Shown: positions 9,953 to 18,801, numbered from the stretch's first letter. The stretch: 26,179 bases of DNA from Candidatus Hodarchaeum mangrovi (GCA_016839515.1 JAEOUE010000225.1:1-26179), one strand, 5' to 3'. Notes: generated by a model not told the origin, from the sequence alone. A program made the numbers and translations.

Positions 9953-10099
9953 GTTGGAGTTAATCCTCAAAAAAGGAGGAGAAAGGGAGTAAACATGATT
10001 TTTGGGATAAAAAATAAGAGATTCTAGAAGAATCAATTAGTATTCCCTCAAAAATGGAGTAAACTTTGATAGGGATTATAATGTAAGTAATGTTATTCA

Positions 10100-10651
10100 T
10101 TACAGGGGTTCTGTTTGAACCTCTCGCACAAGCTGTGTGCAGATATGTGCTATCCCTTCTTTGGTCTTGGGTGTTATTGTAATATACTTTAATCCCAACT
10201 TAGAGGAAGCGATTTGACCCTCTGTATCGGTTACATCCTCAAAATCAGTTTGAAATCCAATTAAAACCATTGGAATCGATGGATTCGTTATGATGGATTT
10301 AAATTCAGCATACCAGTAGTTTACTGCTTCAAAAGAGGCTCGGTCACCCTTATCAAAGAAAATTATTCCTGCAGAGGCTCCCCGATAAAATGTCGGGCGT
10401 AATTTCTCAAAAAAATCTGCAGGGTGTATTAGAGAAAGAACTAGTTTTACCATCTGTGAATCCACCCATATGCGATGAGTCATTACATCGACTCCAGTGG
10501 TATTAATAATACCTCCAACGACACTTTTAACCCAATCTGAGGAAGTATTTCCTGTCAGTTGTCCTATTGCTGTAATAATCTGTTTTAAGGGATTTCCCAT
10601 CAAACTGATTTTAAATAGATATTCATTGCTTATCACGGGGATTCCTCCCAT
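10100..10651 (-). CDS. Rab-like small GTPase homolog with degenerate G-boxes (putative pseudoGTPase)
   Basis: Rab scaffold motifs YLFKISLMG, TTGVDV, VKLVL, LRPTFYRGA, IIFFD, SFEAVNYW and IPMVLIG are retained; GxxxxGKS/T, DxxGQ and NKxD are absent. The real start may be GTG 10636, which has GGAGG upstream. Confidence 0.85.
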   Translation of the reverse strand: MGGIPVISNEYLFKISLMGNPLKQIITAIGQLTGNTSSDWVKSVVGGIINTTGVDVMTHRIWVDSQMVKLVLSLIHPADFFEKLRPTFYRGASAGIIFFDKGDRASFEAVNYWYAEFKSIITNPSIPMVLIGFQTDFEDVTDTEGQIASSKLGLKYITITPKTKEGIAHICTQLVREVQTEPL

Positions 10652-10728
10652 TTTTGACAGCAGATTGAAGGTTACACATAATAAAAGAAAAAAGCTCCTT
10701 TATATTATTTTAGTACTTGATCCCAAAA

Positions 10729-10962
10729 TTTATAGTTATTTATTCCTTTTTCTGGATTATTTTGATCAGAGAAAGAAAAAATTTCTGAAAAGGATTATTT
10801 GGGCTCAGAGTGGTTAACTTCTCCGATGGAAAACCAATAACCCTCTCCAACTCCTGCCTGAGAAATTTTTGTTTCTGTTGTCCGTTTTACGCTTTAATCA
10901 CGCGAGGCAAACGTCGTTTTGGCGATTATATCGCAGGTACAATTGTTATTAAGGATAAATAA
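10729..10962 (+). pseudogene. RDD-family membrane protein remnant
   Basis: Frame reads ...NF*KGLFGLRVVNFSDGKPITLSNSCLRNFCFCCPFYALITRGKRRFGDYIAGTIVIKDK*. The GK..GLRVV..DG.P...LRN...RxGDxxAGTxV pattern is the RDD signature. TGA at 10786 sits where Gly is expected, and the N-terminal RRxxAxxID helix is missing. Confidence 0.75.
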
Positions 10963-11170
10963 ATTCTATAAAGTAGAAACATGCTAGAACATACAACATA
11001 ATATGATCAGAATTTATATCAGATATCATTTTTAACATATATTCCACTGCAGCTTCTATTCCCATAATGAGCTTCCCCTAAAATCCATAATTTATGGAAT
11101 GGAACAATAACAATAACATAGATCAAAAAAACACTTCAAGAAATTGATGGTTTAAATGAAGTAATGTTCT

Positions 11171-12022
11171 TTAATCAACTTCTGACGACTCAAGCTCAAC
11201 TTTTTTCCCAATTGCTGCGTCATAATAGATTTTACGGGGAGTACTTTCAAAAACCCCATAAGGACAACGTTCAACACATAAATTACAACCAATACACTTG
11301 TCCTGATCAACTGCCTCGACTTGAAATCCGTCTTGTTTACGAATTGCTTTGGAATAGCACGTAGTAAGACAAATATTACAATCCTCATTACATTTATCGG
11401 AGTTTACCACTTGACTGATTGTAAATGACGGTAATAAACCCCAACGGATTTCAGGGGTATAAAGTCCAGCACAGTATTGATCACAGTTGCAAATACTATC
11501 AATATTAGGACGCATTCCCCATAATATCGTACCATAATGCCCTTGTCTTCGTCGTTCAATAATTAACTCTTTTGCTTCATCCTCATCAATAAACCGTCCT
11601 TGGCCCTCGATATGGCGTTTACGGTTGTAACGTGCAAGATGATTGATAAAAATACAACGAAGATCTGCTTCTCCACAGGCTCCTTTTTTGCAGCTACAAT
11701 AATGAAGATATAAGTCTTCAGCATTGTTAAGCACTTGTAATAATTCGTCTAAAGAAGAAGCGACTTGCCCACCTAAAAAATTCTTCGCAAAGTAATTATA
11801 AAAAGCTTTTTTGAGTCCAGTATAAGGTTTCCGATTAGCATTTGCTGCAATATCATAAGTGGCATTATCTACCATGGTTTGTAAACGAGCACCATAGAAA
11901 TTATACCAATGTTCACGAAATTTCCCTGGAAAGATTTTCAGAAATTTTCCAGAAGTAATATCATAGGCATCTTTCTGTAGATACCAGATTTTCCGAGTAT
12001 GTTGATAGCAAGTAAGACACAT
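11171..12022 (-). CDS. 4Fe-4S dicluster (ferredoxin-type) domain protein with additional Cys/His clusters
   Basis: C-terminal CNEDCNICLTTC and CIGCNLCVERCP; additional MCLTCYQH...WYL, CSCKKGAC...C and ICNCDQYC motifs. Confidence 0.88.
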   Translation of the reverse strand: MCLTCYQHTRKIWYLQKDAYDITSGKFLKIFPGKFREHWYNFYGARLQTMVDNATYDIAANANRKPYTGLKKAFYNYFAKNFLGGQVASSLDELLQVLNNAEDLYLHYCSCKKGACGEADLRCIFINHLARYNRKRHIEGQGRFIDEDEAKELIIERRRQGHYGTILWGMRPNIDSICNCDQYCAGLYTPEIRWGLLPSFTISQVVNSDKCNEDCNICLTTCYSKAIRKQDGFQVEAVDQDKCIGCNLCVERCPYGVFESTPRKIYYDAAIGKKVELESSEVD

Positions 12023-12055
12023 GAGTTTGTTTTAACAAAGTCATGGTTTTATATA
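12020..12055 (-). promoter_or_regulatory. TATA box plus 26-bp operator-like inverted repeat of the Fe-S gene
   Basis: CATGAGTTTGTT-TT-AACAAAGTCATG (12020-12045; 11 of 12 arm pairs complementary) lies between minus-strand TATATAAAA (12055-12047) and the ATG at 12022. Confidence 0.7.
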
Positions 12056-12504
12056 GATTTGGGTTAATCCAATAGAAGATAGAGAAAAAAAGGGGAAGGA
12101 ATCAATTCAGTATTGAGAGAAATTTTCCTATAGAAGAATGAATTTATCTTTAAAATCAGGTTTAATTGGATTTAAAATAAGTATAATTTCCAAGTTCCCA
12201 CGAAAATCATTATCAAAAGTAAGAACAATTGAACTTAGGAACCGTTACCGTTCTCCTTATTTCTAATTGCATAATATTTGGATGAAAAATTAAGATTTTT
12301 CCAACGCAATATCGAAAGAAAAGCTTTTGGAGTTCTTCTGCAATAGTAGGTGTTCTCTCCTACTTCCTACAATATTGACATAATTGTTTATTGAGATCTT
12401 TAATTATTTGCTTAAAGGCATATCTGATCGTAATATTTAATAACATACTTTTTACGCCTGTACAAAACGCTAAAAATAAAATATTAAGTAAAAAAGTGGT
12501 TAAA

Positions 12505-13113
12505 ATGTCAAATGAAGAAAATTCTAAAGAGATGAGTAACGAAACATTTTGGAAAAATCTTGTCATTCAATATTGGTATTTCGTTGTAATATTCGGATTG
12601 ATTGTAATTGCAGCCATAATTGGATTCATATTAATATTAGATTGGTACATTAATACAAATCCAATTGGCGGTCAAGGAACCTGGACATTCGATCAATTTT
12701 CAATGGGAACAGTCATAGAATTGGTCATATTCCTGATTCTATGGGAATTGGTAATTGTTGGATTGCCCACTTTCATTATTGGAGGAATTATTGTAGCAAT
12801 AATTTGGTATGGAATATTTGCTCCCGACCTAAAAGAAGAAATAAAATTACGAGTCAAGAAAGAAGAAGAATATAAGAAAAAATATGGAAGAAAGAGCGAA
12901 GGAAGCGGTTTATTCGGATTTTTAATGTTTATTGGTGTATGTATCTATATCTTTCTTGATGGAAATTGGGCGACTGAATTTGGAAACCTAAGTTTTGGGT
13001 ATTTTGTAGATGCATGGATCACAGTCTTCATATGGGTCCTAATCATCTTCGGTATCCCAGCTGTTGTAATAGGAACTATTTGGTTCATTAAAAAATATGG
13101 AAACTTGGATTAA
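12505..13113 (+). CDS. Hypothetical membrane protein made of two internally repeated TM hairpins
   Basis: About 4 hydrophobic helices, FxxxSxG...WxLxIxGxP motif twice. Start ATG 12505 (MSNEENS) preferred over TTG 12391. Confidence 0.8.
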   Translation: MSNEENSKEMSNETFWKNLVIQYWYFVVIFGLIVIAAIIGFILILDWYINTNPIGGQGTWTFDQFSMGTVIELVIFLILWELVIVGLPTFIIGGIIVAIIWYGIFAPDLKEEIKLRVKKEEEYKKKYGRKSEGSGLFGFLMFIGVCIYIFLDGNWATEFGNLSFGYFVDAWITVFIWVLIIFGIPAVVIGTIWFIKKYGNLD

Positions 13114-13127
13114 ACAATTTTCCCAAC

Positions 13128-13135
13128 TTTTTTTT
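13128..13135 (+). terminator. Oligo-T archaeal intrinsic terminator candidate
   Basis: T8 run 14 nt after the TAA of the 12505-13113 gene. Confidence 0.45.
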
Positions 13136-13267
13136 CTATAATATTTTAAGAAAATAACATATTTGACTGGAAACTATATTATATAAATGACCCGAGTGCT
13201 TACACTCAAGAGTAATAATCCAATACTCTACCAAAAAATTTAAAGCAAAGAGGGGAAAAAAACTTGA

Positions 13268-13729
13268 ATGAACATTATAGATACTCTTGGCACGATCTAT
13301 TTCCTAGGTCTCTTTTTTTCATATTTATTTCTGGTGGACTTATTGAGTTGGCAAGAAATTGATGAATTATTCCAGAAATTATTTGATAAAACAGTTAAAG
13401 AAGAAACAGAATCCAATGGAAAAGAACAGATGCCACTATCAAGGCCTACTGAAGCATTTGTTGACTGGCTAGAAAGCTACATTAAAGAAGAACAGTTTTA
13501 TAATACTCGTATGATTTGTTTGTATTGTGGAATGAAAATTGAGGATGATAAATATGTCGTAATGTGTCATCCTGAACATCCAAATGATTCAATTCTCCAG
13601 ATTTATTTTCATTCAAAGGGTGCATGCAATCCCAGACAAAGACTCCTTCAACAACGAAGAGAAAGATGGCTTAAGGATTACGAAGAGAAATCACGGAGAA
13701 AAATGCTTACTGATGCTAATAGAAAATAG
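13268..13729 (+). CDS. Membrane-anchored protein with a putative treble-clef zinc finger
   Basis: N-terminal hydrophobic helix; CLYC-x27-H-x4-C; basic helical C-terminus. Confidence 0.75.
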   Translation: MNIIDTLGTIYFLGLFFSYLFLVDLLSWQEIDELFQKLFDKTVKEETESNGKEQMPLSRPTEAFVDWLESYIKEEQFYNTRMICLYCGMKIEDDKYVVMCHPEHPNDSILQIYFHSKGACNPRQRLLQQRRERWLKDYEEKSRRKMLTDANRK

Positions 13730-13802
13730 TCCTTCAAAATTTTTAACTGCAAATTTTTGGAAAAATTTACTAAGTAGTGCTATTAGAATAGAATGGACGA
13801 GG

Positions 13803-14639
13803 ATGGTAAATCTACTTCTATTTGAAAGGATACTCAGAAACAAAGAGGAATTTTATACCGCACTAATAGAGGAAAAAGGGATAGTAGCAATAATTCGTGA
13901 TGCAACGCTATCGATTGTGATCTTTGGAGCGTTCTATGGAGCAACAATGGGAGTATGGTCGTGGGAACCATTTCAAATAGTTTTCTCAGCACTTAAAATT
14001 CCGATACTCTTTTTGATCTCAATAGCGGTAGTTCTGCCCAGTTATTACGTGGTTAATCTGGCAATGGGAGGAAGAAACAGCTTTTTACAACTCACTTCTC
14101 TAGTTCTTTCTAGTTTCTCCATCTATACAACAATTCTCCTCGCATTCGTCCCAGTAAATCTATTTTTTATGATAACCTCACCAAGAGATGTCGATTCCTA
14201 TACTTTCATGGTGCTCTTAAATTTAATCATCTATGGACTCGGAGGATTGATGACGACAGTTTTCATGGTGGAAGGGGTTAAATTTCAAAGAAGGACAAAA
14301 GAAAAAATGCTCACATTGAAGGACTTAATACCAATAATAATCGCCCTAGGAACCTTAGCATTTATAGGAACTCAAATGGCATGGTTCATCAGACCCTGGT
14401 TCAACTACGAACCCAATTTCATTCGACCCGAGGTATATGGCAACTTCTATGTGGCAATTTTAAAAATAATTTTCACTCGTTTCTATATTGGGAGCATTTT
14501 TGTTTTTATTGGAACTATAATCATGATCCCCTTCATAATATGGATAAGTAGAATCCTGTTATCCATTCCAATAACTAGTAATGGAGAAAGTGCGAGGAAA
14601 CTTCAGTCTGAAGGGAAAAATAAAAAGACACAACTCTAG
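13803..14639 (+). CDS. Polytopic membrane protein of a family recalled as annotated 'actin-binding WH2 domain-containing protein' in cyanobacteria/Chloroflexi (Yip1-like topology)
   Basis: ILRNKEEF...FYGATMG...SALKIPILF...LPSYY...LAFVPVNLFF...LLNL...FIGTQMAWFIRPW...GNFY matches that family from memory; no actual WH2 motif is visible. Start ATG 13803 avoids overlap with the upstream gene. Confidence 0.7.
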   Translation: MVNLLLFERILRNKEEFYTALIEEKGIVAIIRDATLSIVIFGAFYGATMGVWSWEPFQIVFSALKIPILFLISIAVVLPSYYVVNLAMGGRNSFLQLTSLVLSSFSIYTTILLAFVPVNLFFMITSPRDVDSYTFMVLLNLIIYGLGGLMTTVFMVEGVKFQRRTKEKMLTLKDLIPIIIALGTLAFIGTQMAWFIRPWFNYEPNFIRPEVYGNFYVAILKIIFTRFYIGSIFVFIGTIIMIPFIIWISRILLSIPITSNGESARKLQSEGKNKKTQL

Positions 14640-14869
14640 TTTATCATGGTTTTATACAAGTTCTCATCTCTTCTTCCATGTAATAGAAACCTAAAACTTA
14701 GGATTGATAAGCCTAAATAATCAAAGGGAATTCCTAAGCCTCCCTGTTTTCTCAAAATCAGTTCGAAGTGATCATTCTGAACCCAGAATAAGAATAAATC
14801 CAACATTTTTTACTGATAATGAAAAAGCACAAAGTACAAAAATAGAAAAAGTACTCCGCATTACAAAGC

Positions 14870-14877
14870 TTTATATA
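14870..14877 (+). promoter_or_regulatory. TATA box of the membrane protein/regulator/ABC operon
   Basis: TTTATATA preceded by CAAAGC, 23 nt before GTG 14901. Confidence 0.5.
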
Positions 14878-14900
14878 ACTTCTTTTAGAATGATTTAACT

Positions 14901-15590
14901 GTGGATAAAATGTCTGATAACCATAAAAGCGTTAATTTAAAAGAAATTTCTCAAAAAGTATACCGTAATGATTATATCGATGGGTTTACATTCATTTTCC
15001 TTGGAGCTTTTCTATTGCTTGCCGCAGGGACCATCAATTTAAATCCTGTGTTTATGAGCTTATTAATTGTAGCATTTATTGCTTTCTTCCAATTAAGTAA
15101 AGTATTACGTAATCGATATACCTATCCACGAATTGGGTATTTTCAAGTAAAAACTGATGACCCAAAAAAACTCATTTCAGGAATGCTCTTATTTACTGTC
15201 ATGGTTCTTATTGTATTCTTTCTTTTGTTGTTTACATTTGTAGGTGTTGATCCTGAAGCCCTTTATGACTTTGAAAATTGGTATAGATTCTTACCAATAT
15301 ATTTGGGACTTGTAATGTTTGGGCCAAGTCTAGATATCGTAGATAAAACAGGTCAAAGAAAATATTATGGTCTTGGAATAGTTTCAACCATTTTAGGATT
15401 ACTAATAGTCTGGTTGAATTTTCAAAATGCTAAATTTGGATTTACAATCTATTTATTGTTATTAGGTAGTATTTCATGCATTATTGGGGGGATAACTTTC
15501 GTTAGATTCATAAAAAAGTATCCCATAATACCCGATTCTGAACAATCCGAGATGGAGGAAGAGAACGATGACTCCCAAGAAAAATACTAG
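14901..15590 (+). CDS. Membrane protein with RYTYPRIGY motif (type usually encoded beside HTH_34 regulators)
   Basis: YIDG...RNRYTYPRIGY...FVRFIKKYP, about 6 TM helices; start GTG 14901 or ATG 14910; overlaps the next gene. Confidence 0.8.
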   Translation: MDKMSDNHKSVNLKEISQKVYRNDYIDGFTFIFLGAFLLLAAGTINLNPVFMSLLIVAFIAFFQLSKVLRNRYTYPRIGYFQVKTDDPKKLISGMLLFTVMVLIVFFLLLFTFVGVDPEALYDFENWYRFLPIYLGLVMFGPSLDIVDKTGQRKYYGLGIVSTILGLLIVWLNFQNAKFGFTIYLLLLGSISCIIGGITFVRFIKKYPIIPDSEQSEMEEENDDSQEKY

Positions 15591-15936
15591 TTCATTTCCA
15601 ATTGATATGGAAACTATCGACAATATCGATAAAATCTTGCATGATCCATCTCGATTGAAAATTATTGCTTATTTATATTCATTAAAAGAAACTGATTTCA
15701 CTTATTTGAAGATACAAACAGGATTTAGCTGGGGTAGATTAGGTTCACACCTAGATAAACTCCAAGAAGTAGGGTATGTGGAACTAAAGAAAGAGCTCAT
15801 TCAGAAGAAAAAAAGTTCAAAGAAAACACCGAGAACCTATATTAGCTTGACAAATGAAGGAAGAAGAGCATTTGACAGGTACAGAAATTCAATGCAACAG
15901 CTCCTGCAATTAGGAAATGTAAAATCGGAGGGTTAA
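15568..15936 (+). CDS. Winged-helix transcriptional regulator (HTH_34, ArsR/MarR-like)
   Basis: IDKILHDPSRLKI...DFTYLK...G..WGRLGSHLDKLQEVGYV...PRTYISLTNEGRRAF pattern. Confidence 0.9.
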   Translation: MTPKKNTSSFPIDMETIDNIDKILHDPSRLKIIAYLYSLKETDFTYLKIQTGFSWGRLGSHLDKLQEVGYVELKKELIQKKKSSKKTPRTYISLTNEGRRAFDRYRNSMQQLLQLGNVKSEG

Positions 15937-15942
15937 ATAACA

Positions 15943-16755
15943 ATGAAGGATTTAAAGAAGGATAATAATAATATTATGTTAGAAATTACTAATTTGACAA
16001 AAAAGTATGGACAAACTATAGCAGTTGACAATCTAACTTTTACTGTTTTCACAGGTGAAATATATGGGTTACTAGGACCAAATGGAGCAGGTAAATCTAC
16101 TACTCTTAAATCAATACTTGGTCTGTTGGAACTTGACTCAGGGAAAATTTCAGTATTAGGATATAATCCAATTTCCTCTCCCACGCAAGTAAAAGAGCTT
16201 ATTGGGTATCTTCCAGAAGAATCATCATTATACGAGTCAATGACGGTAAAAGAATTATTAGATTTTATCATATCAATACGGAAACTTGATCCAGCTTCGA
16301 CACTTCAAACCTTGGATCGATTATTAGATGTATTAAACGCTAGAAAATATTATACTTCAATGATTGCTAGTCTTAGTAAAGGCAATAAAAGGAAAATAGA
16401 AATTATAACTGCTTTGATACACAGACCCCAGCTCCTAATTCTGGATGAACCTCTTTTTGGATTGGATACACGATCAGCTGTGATTCTTAAGGAAATTTTT
16501 CGTTTGCATATAGAACAAGGGGGTTCTATATTGCTTTCCACTCACATCATGGACCTTGCTCAGCAGCTATGTACCAGAATTGGCATCATTAATAACGGTA
16601 CCATAATAGTAGAGGGAACATTCGAAGAACTCCAAGAAAAATCAAATTCTACTAAATCGCTTGAACAGCTCTTTCTGGAATTAACCAACCAATCCGAAAT
16701 CACATCAAATATAATCCAGCAACTCAGAGATATACCTGCAATAAAAGCCAAATGA
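15943..16755 (+). CDS. ABC transporter ATP-binding protein (ABC-2/DrrA-type exporter)
   Basis: Walker A GPNGAGKST, signature LSKGN, Walker B LLILDEP, H-loop STH. Confidence 0.95.
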   Translation: MKDLKKDNNNIMLEITNLTKKYGQTIAVDNLTFTVFTGEIYGLLGPNGAGKSTTLKSILGLLELDSGKISVLGYNPISSPTQVKELIGYLPEESSLYESMTVKELLDFIISIRKLDPASTLQTLDRLLDVLNARKYYTSMIASLSKGNKRKIEIITALIHRPQLLILDEPLFGLDTRSAVILKEIFRLHIEQGGSILLSTHIMDLAQQLCTRIGIINNGTIIVEGTFEELQEKSNSTKSLEQLFLELTNQSEITSNIIQQLRDIPAIKAK

Positions 16756-16765
16756 GGGTTCAGTA

Positions 16766-18496
16766 ATGAGTACTTTGGTATTATGGAAAATTTCCAAATC
16801 TATTCATGAGGAAATTTATTTTAGAACTCAGCTACAGACTGGTCTCTCTTCTAAGGTAGAAACAATCGAAAAATACCAAAAAAATCTCAAATCTCAAAGG
16901 AGAATGGCATTATTAAGTAACTTGTTTTTGGTCTATGTGATTGGTGTTGTTACTCTTGTCCCCCTTTTCACCCTTCTCCATTTCTTATCAATTGAGAAGA
17001 CTGTCTTAAGTATTAACCAATTATTATTTACCAATAGCTTGATCTTGGGGATATATAATCTTTACATTTTCTTCATCCTATTTATGGGAGGACTAACAAT
17101 TTATGTGACCTTCATGAAAGGAGAATATTTCAAACTGTTATATCCACTTACGTTAAGTCCTTCTCAATTAACTCAAATTATATTATTTGTATTTATTCGA
17201 ATGAACATACTTCAAGTATTATTTATATTATTAGCACTCCCTATAAGTAGTTTAATCTTTACTCTGAATCCAATGGTTTTCGTGATTATATTTTTGAATA
17301 ATTTAATTAATGTATCTCTAATAATATTTCTTTTAATCCTTATTTCCTGGTTTCTAGCTCAGTATGTCTTTAAAGACTCTGAAAGAACTCATTGGGGGTC
17401 TTTAATCACAATATTAACAATGATAGTTTATAGCTTAACAGTAATTCCGATTTTTCTATTAATGAGTCAACTTCTCAATATTATAGTAAATATTTTCACT
17501 TTGAGTCTTGAATCTGGAATTACGACAGAAATCAACTTCCTGATGGCCTTATGTTTTTTTCCAATGTCAAGCGGTTATCTGACATCTATAATTCTATCGA
17601 ATAGTATAGATATAATTCCTTTTCCTTTAATAATCTCCTCTGTTATAGGTTCAGGAATACTGTTGGGAGTAATCATTAATGTTGTATTAAAAGGATTAGG
17701 ATTGATAAACAAAATGAATATGGAGATTATAATTCGGGATAAAAAGCAGATAGAAAAAGAAAATGCAAAAATAACAGTGAAAAGATCTAATCCGATGCTT
17801 AAAACTATTAAAATGAATTTAAAATTTGTTTTTAGAGATTATTCATCATTAACATTATTTGTTTTGGGTATTCTCTTTCCATTTCTCATTGTTATGCTTT
17901 CTATCATCTTTCCTCAAAGATATATCGATATGGGAGGAGGCCTACTTGGCTTTATAGTAACAACATTAACCTTTTCTTCAGGGATAATCGCTTTATTGTT
18001 CTTCGCTGGTACCAAAGTTTCTGAACGAAATTTGGGGTATACTTATGGAATTTTACCGTTAAAGGAACATATGTTGTTTCGATCAAAACAAATTATTGTA
18101 ACCTGTGGGTTAATTGTACCTTTATTACTAGGAATTATTATTAGTAACATTATTCGAACTCCAATCCCTTATTTAACAAGCATCCAATTACTTCTAACCT
18201 ATTTTCTTATAGGAACGGAACTGATACTTATATATACAGCATTATTTGGTTCATTTAATAATAGATTCTCATTAACTGTAGAAAATAATAATTATGCTAT
18301 TCTGAAATTAGTAATTATCTTTCTACTGCTGTTCATAACTATATTTGGTTTAGATGCTTCTATTAATCTCATTAGATCTTTATTATTACTACCTGATTTC
18401 CTAGGAATCTTGATGGTGACAGGAATATTTTATTTGGTTCTTGAATATCTATCTCGGAAGATGTTTAATGTACAAGAAAGATGTAGTGGCATCTAG
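16766..18496 (+). CDS. ABC exporter permease (large polytopic membrane subunit)
   Basis: 576-aa multi-TM protein 10 nt after the ATPase; two halves with LYPLTLS and GILPLK motifs typical of ABC-2 permeases. Confidence 0.82.
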   Translation: MSTLVLWKISKSIHEEIYFRTQLQTGLSSKVETIEKYQKNLKSQRRMALLSNLFLVYVIGVVTLVPLFTLLHFLSIEKTVLSINQLLFTNSLILGIYNLYIFFILFMGGLTIYVTFMKGEYFKLLYPLTLSPSQLTQIILFVFIRMNILQVLFILLALPISSLIFTLNPMVFVIIFLNNLINVSLIIFLLILISWFLAQYVFKDSERTHWGSLITILTMIVYSLTVIPIFLLMSQLLNIIVNIFTLSLESGITTEINFLMALCFFPMSSGYLTSIILSNSIDIIPFPLIISSVIGSGILLGVIINVVLKGLGLINKMNMEIIIRDKKQIEKENAKITVKRSNPMLKTIKMNLKFVFRDYSSLTLFVLGILFPFLIVMLSIIFPQRYIDMGGGLLGFIVTTLTFSSGIIALLFFAGTKVSERNLGYTYGILPLKEHMLFRSKQIIVTCGLIVPLLLGIIISNIIRTPIPYLTSIQLLLTYFLIGTELILIYTALFGSFNNRFSLTVENNNYAILKLVIIFLLLFITIFGLDASINLIRSLLLLPDFLGILMVTGIFYLVLEYLSRKMFNVQERCSGI

Positions 18497-18801
18497 GGAT
18501 AAAGACCAGAAACTCAATCCTTAAAATAAAGCACCATTCGGGTTCATTGGACGATAATTATTGATTATATCTCATTGATTGGCAATCTCTGAAGTTGGAT
18601 TTACCTATATTTCTTGAATTTTCTTCGCTTAAACCAGATAACTGGCTATCTGAGCATGTTCTCACTAAGTGAAAATACAACATCTGACCCATCCGATATA
18701 AAGAAGGAGTAGCTATGGAAATATTGAGATGAATGAATTGGATTAGAACAGATCTAAACACTAGAAGTCCTGAGTCATTATCAAGTCTTTAAAGGGAGAA
18801 T

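Noticed and set aside
10950-11100. Possible TPR remnant on the minus strand (ILGEAHY / MGIEAAVEY...LYVLACFY) and palindrome TCCATAA-T-TTATGGA at 11084-11098
   Set aside because: Needs a frameshift and rests on few residues; the palindrome is not next to a promoter and the background is AT-rich.
14704-14898. 64-aa ORF upstream of the regulator operon
   Set aside because: Overlaps the predicted TATA/promoter region and has no motif.
18500-18800. ORF 18558-18761 (-) and a + frame LYLIDWQSLKLDLPIF resembling a phosphotransferase motif
   Set aside because: Too short and flanked by stops; the resemblance could be chance without a search.
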